From positions 224,001 to 288,000 of the forward strand of contig CAVVOP010000005.1 of NCBI GenBank assembly GCA_963749915.1: DNA of 64,000 bases. The letters run 5' to 3'. The notes below the pieces were generated by a model that worked only from the letters and a program-made list of their open reading frames with translations, was not told the DNA's origin and did not search any database. Shown in pieces: positions 53,224-61,759 of this stretch (position 1 is the stretch's first letter; every line of letters begins with the position of its first letter). The position numbers and the translations under genes were made by a program. Source of the stretch: an uncultured cyanobacterium (GTDB lineage Bacteria > Cyanobacteriota > Cyanobacteriia > Cyanobacteriales > Cyanobacteriaceae).

Positions 53224-55092
53224 ATGACAACTACCACAGCAGAAATTAGATGTGTCAATGGAAGATGTAAGGCCTTGAATCTTTTAGAAAATACATTTTG
53301 TCATAGTTGTCAAACCCCTCTGATTAAACGTTACTTGCGAATTGGGGGAACATTAACTAAAGAGTATCACAGAGGAGAATTAATAGAAAATCGTTTTTTT
53401 GTTTGTCTGCCCAATGTTGTCATTGACACAAAACCGGGTCTAATGCCCATTTTCCCCGAAAATGTCCCTGATGATATGACTGCTTATTTAAAACTTTTTT
53501 CCCATCGTTTACATATACCTCAAATTTACGGTTACATAGACAAACAATATTCTGCTTGCTTATTAGAATATGAAAGCATACCCCTTGATGATAAAGGGAA
53601 TTTAATCTATCCTCAGTTATTTCCGAATATTGAATTGAGTTTGTTTTCTGCTTCGGCTTTAAGACAGGTAAATTGGTTATGGCAGATGGTGCAATTGTGG
53701 AAACCTTTAGCCAAACAAAAAGTATTATCCAGTTTATTTTTAGGGAATAATATTAAAGTCGCCGGTGGAATCCTTAAGTTAATGGAATTAAAATTCGATC
53801 ATAATACTAACCCTAATTTACAAGATTTAGGAAATTTATGGGCAGATTGGTTTCCAAAATTAAACCCCTTAATTCAAGATATAATGGGGAAAATTATTTT
53901 ATCTTTGCAGCAAAATTTTTTTGATAAACCTGATCAAGTTTTAGGAATTTTCGATCAAGTTTTATATATTTTGGGTAATAGCTATTATCAAAGAAAATAT
54001 CAAATAATTACTGCAACTGATCCGGGTAAAAAAAGAGTTAACAATGAGGATTCTTGTTATCCCAACCCTAATAATCTTAAGAAGACTAGGTCAAGCTTAG
54101 AAACTTTAGCCATAGTTTGTGATGGTTTAGGAGGGCAAGATGACGGTGAAATTGCGTCTAATATGGCTATCAAAATTATCCAAAAGGAACTAGAAAATTC
54201 TTATAAAAAAACCTTAAAAGAAACCTTACAAAATAAACATTGGACTCCTTTAATTGATGCAGAAAAAATTTATAATGCTGTGTCTAAAGCTAATGATAAA
54301 ATTACCAACATTAACAATACTAAAAAACGTAAAGATAAAGAAAGAATGGGAACTACGACTGTCATCACGATGGCGATCGCCCATGAAATATATTTGGCTC
54401 ATGTGGGAGACTCCCGTATTTATTGGATTACAGAAAATAGTTGCCATCAAGTAACGTTAGATGATGATTTAGCCACAAGACAAGTACGATTAGGCCATAG
54501 TTTTTATCGAAAAGTGATCACAAATCCCCGAACAGGCTGTTTATTACAGGCTTTGGGTATGAATTATTCCAGTAGTTTAAAAGTCCATATTCGGCGATTT
54601 ATTTTGGATGAAAATTCCGTGTTCTTATTATGCTCCGATGGATTATCCGATTATAATCGAGTGGAACAATATTGGCAATCAGAAATATTACCGATCATAA
54701 AAGAAGAAATAAACATAGAAGAAGGGGTGAAAAAAATCCTTGATATAGGCATTAACAAAAATGGACATGATAACGTAACAATCGCATTGCTTCACTGTCA
54801 ATTAGAGGAAAAAAAACCTGATGATCATGAAGGGAAATTATCATGGCAATATTTGCAAAAAATAATCCCCGATTTACCTCAACCAAAAGGAGAAATTAGA
54901 TTAGATAAAGCGAAAAATGTTAAAAATAATTTTCTGACCAATACTCAATTTAACCAATCGAAAATAATCTTAATAATGGGCTTAATTGTCATGGTTTTGG
55001 GAATCCTATTCTGGCATCAAAATAAATCTTCCCAAAACAAATCTATGATTAATGACCAATTAGTCGTTAGGGCAATCAGTTTTGATCTGTAA
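53224..55092 (+). CDS. PP2C-family Ser/Thr phosphatase with N-terminal zinc ribbon, kinase-like remnant and C-terminal TM
   Basis: NNEDS, VCDGLGG, MGTT, HVGDSR, LCSDGL, GHDNVT; N-terminal Cx4C...Cx2C. Confidence 0.9.
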   Translation: MTTTTAEIRCVNGRCKALNLLENTFCHSCQTPLIKRYLRIGGTLTKEYHRGELIENRFFVCLPNVVIDTKPGLMPIFPENVPDDMTAYLKLFSHRLHIPQIYGYIDKQYSACLLEYESIPLDDKGNLIYPQLFPNIELSLFSASALRQVNWLWQMVQLWKPLAKQKVLSSLFLGNNIKVAGGILKLMELKFDHNTNPNLQDLGNLWADWFPKLNPLIQDIMGKIILSLQQNFFDKPDQVLGIFDQVLYILGNSYYQRKYQIITATDPGKKRVNNEDSCYPNPNNLKKTRSSLETLAIVCDGLGGQDDGEIASNMAIKIIQKELENSYKKTLKETLQNKHWTPLIDAEKIYNAVSKANDKITNINNTKKRKDKERMGTTTVITMAIAHEIYLAHVGDSRIYWITENSCHQVTLDDDLATRQVRLGHSFYRKVITNPRTGCLLQALGMNYSSSLKVHIRRFILDENSVFLLCSDGLSDYNRVEQYWQSEILPIIKEEINIEEGVKKILDIGINKNGHDNVTIALLHCQLEEKKPDDHEGKLSWQYLQKIIPDLPQPKGEIRLDKAKNVKNNFLTNTQFNQSKIILIMGLIVMVLGILFWHQNKSSQNKSMINDQLVVRAISFDL

Positions 55093-55150
55093 GATTTTGG
55101 TGAGACTAGAACATCAGTCCAGTCGAATGATTCTCAACCAAAGTTTGTTT

Positions 55151-55750
55151 TTAATTTCTTTTCCTTGTTTTGTTGTTCACTTTTTTGGCGTTTTGACCAA
55201 CAGTTTTTTGACGACGAGAATCAATCGCCTTTGATTTATTAACCTTTTTTCTCCCCGACTTTAACCAACTATCAATATTATCTGCTACAGAATGACTCAT
55301 AGCCCCTAATTCTAAACCAATAAAGAAGGATAATACCTCTCGCCAATATTCATTTTTTATCACTTTATAACTATTCACCATAAAATTTTGCCAATGCCAC
55401 CCAAAACCAAAAATTAATTGTGCGATCGCCACTAAAAAAATTGCGAGGATAAATAAAATAAGACCGAGATAGAAGACACGGATAATAGTACCAATCATAA
55501 AGCCGTGAGAAAAAAAAGAACGATGCTTGAGACTTTTTTGGTAGGGAAGCCAAATCGACTGAAAAAACCGCCAACGTTGATATTGTATTGAATAAATATC
55601 TAAATCAGGACCAAACATCAAACCACTAAAGATAAAGGCGATACTGGCTAATAAAGCTAAATCTGAGCGTTTAGTTAAGAGGAGAAAAGTTGTCAAAACA
55701 AAGGGCAGACAAAGCCAGGTTATTAGATCATGATTTTTTCCGGAAGGCAT
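55151..55750 (-). CDS. DUF2227 family putative metal-binding membrane protein
   Basis: MPSGKNHD, FGPDLD, HRSFFSHG, SHSVAD. Confidence 0.85.
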   Translation of the reverse strand: MPSGKNHDLITWLCLPFVLTTFLLLTKRSDLALLASIAFIFSGLMFGPDLDIYSIQYQRWRFFQSIWLPYQKSLKHRSFFSHGFMIGTIIRVFYLGLILFILAIFLVAIAQLIFGFGWHWQNFMVNSYKVIKNEYWREVLSFFIGLELGAMSHSVADNIDSWLKSGRKKVNKSKAIDSRRQKTVGQNAKKVNNKTRKRN

Positions 55751-55799
55751 CTTGCATTTTAAAAAAGTAGTTGTTATAATGGTCAGTGGCTGTTGTTAA

Positions 55800-55871
55800 G
55801 GGCGATTAGCTCAGTGGTAGAGCGCCTGCCTTACAAGCAGGACGTCACTGGTTCAAATCCAGTATCGCCCA
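55800..55871 (+). tRNA. trnV: tRNA-Val(TAC)
   Basis: GGGCGAT...ATCGCCCA acceptor stem, AGCTCAGTGGTAGAGC D-arm, CCTGC-CTTACAA-GCAGG anticodon arm, GTTCAAATC T-loop; CCA not encoded. Confidence 0.97.
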
Positions 55872-56145
55872 TTTTAGAATTAAGATTTTCACTTAGTTAG
55901 GATAGCTACATTATTTATTATTTTGTCAAACCAATTTTAATCCATCTGAAGACGATCCTCGGGAATTTTTTCAAGATTTGTTAACAGTCAAAACTTCTTG
56001 GTCTTTACGCTTATTCAACAGTTGCGTTGTTTTCTTTGTCTTGTTCCATCGAAAAATACTTAAACTCGAGTTATTTTTAATATTGCCCGTTGCCCAAAAG
56101 TATTATAAAATGTGAGATTGTTTATAATTCTTCGGAGTTTTACTA

Positions 56146-56241
56146 ATGTCTGGACTAATTGCTTATATCGGATTTCTTGGTGGTTTTTCCGTGATTGCTT
56201 TAATCTTATATTATGGTTTCCGTGCCATTAAATTTCTTTAG
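56146..56241 (+). CDS. petL: Cytochrome b6f subunit PetL, 31 aa; not in ORF track
   Basis: MSGLIAYIGFLGGFSVIALILYYGFRAIKFL*, single TM with a PetL-like ending; GGAG SD upstream. Confidence 0.85.
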   Translation: MSGLIAYIGFLGGFSVIALILYYGFRAIKFL

Positions 56242-56305
56242 ATTTGAAGGTTATTTTTTAGTATCAATTTATTATTACATATATACTGCTGAAGCCGTCT
56301 TACCC

Positions 56306-56323
56306 CAATACTCTTCGGTTAAG
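56306..56323. mobile_element. Solo IS4-family-like terminal inverted repeat
   Basis: CAATACTCTTCGGTTAAG resembles IS4-type ends as recalled; no partner end or transposase seen. Confidence 0.35.
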
Positions 56324-56613
56324 GCTAAAATTTATGTTGTGAGGCGAATTAAGAATTAAGAAACAGTTTAATTCTACATTTTAAATTCTTCATGTCTTTA
56401 TTCTAAATTACCCTCCAGAGAGTCGTTTTCGGGCAAATCCCTCGCAGTATTGGGGTTTCCCTTTCTTTATACTTTGCGGTTTTCCCTGAGTATTGTTACT
56501 CATTTCGACCAACGTACACATCCCCTGCTATGTTCGCGGACACAGAAAGAGTTCATTGATATAAAATAAAAATAACGATAACGATAACGATGTCACCCTG
56601 GGGAAAATAGGTC

Positions 56614-57174
56614 ATGAAGGATTTAGATAAATATTATTTAATACTTGAATTACCACAAAATTCGACCAGAGAGGAAATTAAAAATGCCTACAAAAAATTA
56701 GCTAGAAAATGGCACCCTGATAATTTTGTCGGTAATTTAACACAACAAAATTTAGCCAATGAAAAGTTTATAAAAATTAGCGAAGCCTATCAGATATTAA
56801 TTAATGAAAATGAAAGTTTGAAGTCTGAAAATTTATCATCAGAATTAAAAACTAATATTGAAGGAGATGTTTCCCAATATTATTATCGCTTAGGAGTGTT
56901 AGCTGCTGAAAAGGATGAATGGCAAGAAGCAATCCATTATTTTAATAGTGCAATAAAAATTAATAATAACTTTACTGAAGCTTATTTTTATCGAGCAACA
57001 GTCTTAGAAAAACAGGGATTTAATTTGAGAGCAAAAGCAGATTATAGTAGATTTAATCGGTTAAAACTAAAACTTAATAAGAAAAAATATCAAGGTTATA
57101 ATATTAATTATAATTATCAATCATCGAGAGTTAATTTTGTTAAAAATAGGCCCAATATTAAACTTTTTTTTTAA
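56614..57174 (+). CDS. DnaJ-domain protein with TPR
   Basis: YYLILEL...AYKKLARKWHPD J-domain; YYRLGV..AIHYFNSAIKIN TPR. Confidence 0.88.
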   Translation: MKDLDKYYLILELPQNSTREEIKNAYKKLARKWHPDNFVGNLTQQNLANEKFIKISEAYQILINENESLKSENLSSELKTNIEGDVSQYYYRLGVLAAEKDEWQEAIHYFNSAIKINNNFTEAYFYRATVLEKQGFNLRAKADYSRFNRLKLKLNKKKYQGYNINYNYQSSRVNFVKNRPNIKLFF

Positions 57175-57440
57175 TGTTCTGTCTAGGATTTTTTATCGTC
57201 CTATTATTTTTCCGTCGGTAAAGGTTTACTATCCTGAATATCAGCCAATATTTTTTATGGCTCTTCTAGAGTAGCTGTGGTTAAATAATATAAAATAATT
57301 GCTACAAAGCTTGTATTATAAAAACATTAGCAATTTTTTATTAACTAAAAGAAAAGTTAGCTATCGTTTAGATTATAATAATTTTAAAATACAATGAGAC
57401 TCCCCATAAATTTTTCCTATTTATCATTAACTATTTAAAC

Positions 57441-59024
57441 ATGGCAATAGCAATTGATTTTGGTACAAGCAACACAGTAATAACTCGTATCAGTAAAATA
57501 ACGGGAGAAACAGAAATTATTAAATTAGGCAATATTGCCCAAAATAATCCGAAGACACCGCCATTAATTCCTAGTTTGGTATATGTAAATAACGCTCTAG
57601 AAGAAAATATAATTATCGGGCAAAAAGTTAGAAATAAAGGATTAGATGTGAATAATAATCCCCGTTATTTTCGTAATTTTAAGAGGGGAATTGGGACAGA
57701 AATACAGGGATTTTTACCCCAATTAGAAGGCAAAAATATCAGTTTTGAAAATATCGGTCGCTGGTTTTTAATGGGCATTTTAAGAGAATTAAAAGAGACT
57801 CCAGATAGTTTAATTTTAACTGTTCCCATTGATAGTTTTGAAAATTATCGTCATTGGTTAACAGGTATTTGTGAACAGTGGAATATAGATCAAATTAGAA
57901 TTATTGATGAACCAACGGCGGCGGCTTTAGGTTATGGTACCCAAAATGATAATTTATTGTTAGTGGTGGATTTTGGTGGCGGTACCATCGACTTTTCTTT
58001 GGTGGAATTAGACCTAGGAAAAAGCAAACAAGCTCAAGGTTTCATCTTAAAATGGGGAGAAAAATTATTAGGACAAAATTCTGCCCAAAAAACAAAATTA
58101 GCTAAAGTAATCGCTAAAACTGGCACTAATTTAGGAGGTTGTGACTTAGATAATTGGATTTTAGATTATTTTCACACTAATCAAGGGGTTGTTAAATCTT
58201 CCCTTACCACACGACTTGCGGAAAGATTGAAAATTCAGCTATCCAGTCAAAAAACTGCCCAAGAAGTTTTTTTTGACGATCGCACCCTAGAGACTTATGA
58301 TTTACGGCTAGACAGGGTTAAATTTGAGCAAATCTTGACCGAAAACCTTTTTTTTGACAAATTAGATCAATTAATAGATAACGTCTTACAACAGGCAAAA
58401 CGTGGCGGTATCGATATTATTGATATTGATAAAGTTTTATTAGTCGGTGGTAGTGGACAAATTCCTGCGGTACAAAAATGGCTACAAAAATATTTTCCCT
58501 TGGAAAAAATTAAAAGCGATCAACCTTTTTCTGCCATCGCCATGGGGGCTTTAAAATTAGAACAAGGTTTACAGGTCAAAGATTTTCTGTACCACAGTTA
58601 TGGCATTCGTTACTGGAATCGTCGCCAAAAACGTCATGATTGGCATACTATTATCCCCAGTGGACAACCTTACCCTATGACGAACCCCATTGAGTTAACT
58701 TTAGGTGCATCGGCAGAAAATCAACCGAGTATTGAATTAATTATCGGAGAGTTAGGAGAACAAAACACCAGTACTGAAGTGTATTTCGATGGCGATCGCC
58801 TTATCACCCGTAACCTAACTCAAGGAGATAAGAAAGTGCAACCCTTGAACGATAACAAGGGAGGAAAAACTATTGCCAGATTAAATCCCCAAGGCACACC
58901 TGGAAGGGATCGCATTAAAGTATTATTTATGGTAGATGAAAAAAGATCATTAAAAATTACCGTCGAAGACTTACTAACCAACGAGACATTATTAGATAAC
59001 GTGATGGTAGCTAATTTATCCTGA
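57441..59024 (+). CDS. Hsp70-family protein (non-canonical DnaK-like)
   Basis: AIDFGTSNT, DEPTAAAL, VDFGGGTID, LVGGSGQIP. Confidence 0.9.
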   Translation: MAIAIDFGTSNTVITRISKITGETEIIKLGNIAQNNPKTPPLIPSLVYVNNALEENIIIGQKVRNKGLDVNNNPRYFRNFKRGIGTEIQGFLPQLEGKNISFENIGRWFLMGILRELKETPDSLILTVPIDSFENYRHWLTGICEQWNIDQIRIIDEPTAAALGYGTQNDNLLLVVDFGGGTIDFSLVELDLGKSKQAQGFILKWGEKLLGQNSAQKTKLAKVIAKTGTNLGGCDLDNWILDYFHTNQGVVKSSLTTRLAERLKIQLSSQKTAQEVFFDDRTLETYDLRLDRVKFEQILTENLFFDKLDQLIDNVLQQAKRGGIDIIDIDKVLLVGGSGQIPAVQKWLQKYFPLEKIKSDQPFSAIAMGALKLEQGLQVKDFLYHSYGIRYWNRRQKRHDWHTIIPSGQPYPMTNPIELTLGASAENQPSIELIIGELGEQNTSTEVYFDGDRLITRNLTQGDKKVQPLNDNKGGKTIARLNPQGTPGRDRIKVLFMVDEKRSLKITVEDLLTNETLLDNVMVANLS

Positions 59025-59115
59025 GATAGCAACAGGGCAAACCCCTTTAAATTTTATTGAGCCAAAAATAAAGATGCCAAAGTAAAAAAGCCGATATTTT
59101 AATCAATCTTCTTTT

Positions 59116-59304
59116 ATGAATAGAAAAACTCGGAAAATAAATAAAAGTTTACGTTTATTAATCATTATTTTCACACCTCTAACTCTAATTTTGTATTTAT
59201 TAAGGGGATTTGGTTTACTCGGTTTTTTACCCGGTGGAATATTATTATTCCTTATGATCACTTCTGTTTTTATCTTGATTGGTTTTTTAACCTCACTTCG
59301 ATGA
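59116..59304 (+). CDS. Small membrane protein
   Basis: 62 aa, two hydrophobic segments around YLLRGFGLLGFLPGG. Confidence 0.6.
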   Translation: MNRKTRKINKSLRLLIIIFTPLTLILYLLRGFGLLGFLPGGILLFLMITSVFILIGFLTSLR

Positions 59305-59323
59305 AATCAAAGGTAGAATTTAA

Positions 59324-61171
59324 CTAACTGTCCATAACGCAGACTACCCGAAAGCCGATAAAGTTATAGTTAGAGTCAGGGGCATAATTTCCTCTTTTTG
59401 CACTGCGACAGTAATCTGATGATAGTGACCATGAGCCTCCCCTTACCACTCTTGCTTGATTGGCTATAGAAGTATAAAAAGCCGATCCATTTTTCGGTTT
59501 ATGAATATAGTTATTAGCGTAATGATCTTCGCACCATTCCCAAACATTACCGTGAAAATCATATAAACCGAAAGGATTGGGGTAAAAGTTACCTACTGGG
59601 GTGGTTTTTTTCTCGAATTTATCCGTATTTTTTTTATTTTCATCATTTTGTGCATTATAGTTGGCAAGATCTGGGATAATGCTTTCTCCGAAAAAGAAAG
59701 GAGTTTTTGTATTGCCACGACAGGCATATTCCCATTCTGATTCCGTTGGAAGACGATAAGTTCTTCCTGTATATTTACCGAGACGTTTACAAAATTCTTG
59801 GGCATCTAACCAAGATACTTTTTCTACGGGTAAGTTATCTCCTTTATAAAAAGAAGGGTTATTTTTGATGGGGCGATTGACTTTTGGAAAAGATGATACT
59901 ATCCGCCATTGTAATTGAGTAATGGGATATTTACTCACATAAAACGACCCTAGTTTGACTAAATGTTGCGGATTTTCGTCTTTATCCCTACCATTTTCGC
60001 TGTTACTCGATCCCATCATAAATGATCCAGAAGGAATAAATATCATATCAAGGTTGACCCCCTCTCCAATATATTCCACAAAAAATTGCCTTGTTATGGT
60101 GACAACATTTTTTTTGATATTGGACATTAAACCAAATAATTTTTTTTCTGCATCAATGGTAATTGTTTCAAAAGTAAATTCCTCGATGACGGGATAATTA
60201 GTTTTTGGCTTAGTAATGCTCGGAGGTGCAGTGACAGATGATTTATTTTGAATGATGGTTTCTTCATTTTCTACTGCACTGGGCAAAAGAGGAAGTGCTT
60301 TTTCTGGAGTAATCTGTTTTTGTTGTGTTGTCTCATTGCTAATGATTATCCGATTTTTTTTAAATAGTTGGAAAAAATCTCGCAAATATTGGGGGCGTTC
60401 TTCCTGTTGTAATTCCATACCCTTAATAATAGCCTGGTTGAAGTTATCGCTAATATCTGAATTGAATTGCTGGGGAGGGATTAAATTTTTATATTCTCTG
60501 AATTTGGCGGAAGTTGGTAATTGAGCAGTAACTAAGACATAAAGTGTGGCGGCTAAGGAATAAATATCTGTACAAGGTCTAATTCTGCCATTTTTACCTA
60601 ACTGTTCCGGAGATAAAAAGCAATCTGTCATGGCATTTTGATTTTTCCTCGGTGCTAAGCCGAAGAGTTTCACAGCCAATCCATAATCCCCTAAAATCGG
60701 CTCTTGAGTATTTTTGTCAATGATAATATTTTGTGGTTTAACATCTTGATGAATACATTTATTTTGATGCAAAATATTGATAGCTGTACCTATTTTCGTA
60801 ATCAATTTTAAAGCTTCATCGGGTTCAAATTTGCCGTGATAATCAACATATGTCGCTAAATCTGCTCCATGGAGATAATCCATTACCATGTAGGAATCTT
60901 CGTCTTCTAGGAATACTTGGGGATAGAGATTGATAATATGGGGATTTTGACAATTATTGGCTATCTGTTCTGCTTGTTGAATTAATTTCTGTTCTGATAT
61001 TTGCCCATTTTCTTGAGATTGCCAAAACATATTAATAGTTTTGATGGTAACTAATTGAGCACTTTTGGTATCTTTAGCTCGATAATAAAATCCCGAACCA
61101 CTTCTTGGCAAAATAGATTCAATTACATATTGACCATTATTTAATTGTTTTCCCTTTTTCCAATTGCTCAT
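59324..61171 (-). CDS. Ser/Thr kinase-like domain fused to an FGE-sulfatase (SUMF1) domain
   Basis: HQDVKPQN, DYG, SPEQ, DIYSLAATLY; FMMGS, RLPTESEWEYACR, GNVWEW, RGGSW, GFRVV. Confidence 0.9.
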   Translation of the reverse strand: MSNWKKGKQLNNGQYVIESILPRSGSGFYYRAKDTKSAQLVTIKTINMFWQSQENGQISEQKLIQQAEQIANNCQNPHIINLYPQVFLEDEDSYMVMDYLHGADLATYVDYHGKFEPDEALKLITKIGTAINILHQNKCIHQDVKPQNIIIDKNTQEPILGDYGLAVKLFGLAPRKNQNAMTDCFLSPEQLGKNGRIRPCTDIYSLAATLYVLVTAQLPTSAKFREYKNLIPPQQFNSDISDNFNQAIIKGMELQQEERPQYLRDFFQLFKKNRIIISNETTQQKQITPEKALPLLPSAVENEETIIQNKSSVTAPPSITKPKTNYPVIEEFTFETITIDAEKKLFGLMSNIKKNVVTITRQFFVEYIGEGVNLDMIFIPSGSFMMGSSNSENGRDKDENPQHLVKLGSFYVSKYPITQLQWRIVSSFPKVNRPIKNNPSFYKGDNLPVEKVSWLDAQEFCKRLGKYTGRTYRLPTESEWEYACRGNTKTPFFFGESIIPDLANYNAQNDENKKNTDKFEKKTTPVGNFYPNPFGLYDFHGNVWEWCEDHYANNYIHKPKNGSAFYTSIANQARVVRGGSWSLSSDYCRSAKRGNYAPDSNYNFIGFRVVCVMDS

Positions 61172-61317
61172 TTATACTAAAACTTATTTTTCCACTGCTC
61201 CAATAATAAATAATAATAGTATTCCCGCCTCATTCAATTTTTATTTCTTTAGCTTCTTTTTCTTCCTTTTCCCATTGGACTCTTTTTTTTGTCCGATCCA
61301 TCTAATCCTATTTTTAC

Positions 61318-61343
61318 TATAGCAATCCTAAATAGGTTGTGAA
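61318..61343. mobile_element. Solo IS630/MITE-like terminal sequence
   Basis: TATAGCAATCCTAAATAGGTTGTGAA; related copy at 24885. Confidence 0.4.
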
Positions 61344-61759
61344 CCATTAAATAATAGTTAATAATTCCTAAACTGTTATCAGTTCTATATTCCAAATTTT
61401 AAACTGGCTAAAATATCACAATTCATTAGCCGCTGTAGTGTGCTAAATTGTCATTAACCCTACATTCCACACATCTTCATACATCGTTACACATCTTCAG
61501 ATTGTTCAAGATATTTTTAGGAAAAACCGCCATTAGAGAAATCTATGATCATAAATTTCTCATTATCTTCTCAGAAAAAATTATTTATGTTGCAATTTCT
61601 CATTTTTCTGAAAGTGGATAGTCATAGCTATAATGCCTACAATAAAAGGATCACAGCAGATCTATTAGTAAAAGTTATTGCTTAAAAGTTAAGAACTGCG
61701 GAATTTGGGAACATTAGGTTATATTTTAAATCGTTTCCTATTAAGTCTAAAGAACAATC

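Noticed and set aside
55800..55871. tRNA-Val as the integration site of a prophage or island
   Set aside because: No integrase and no duplicated tRNA 3' end noticed in the window.
56400..56555. 6S RNA, riboswitch or group II intron fragment
   Set aside because: Could not match the conserved motifs of these families by eye; left as an unexplained element.
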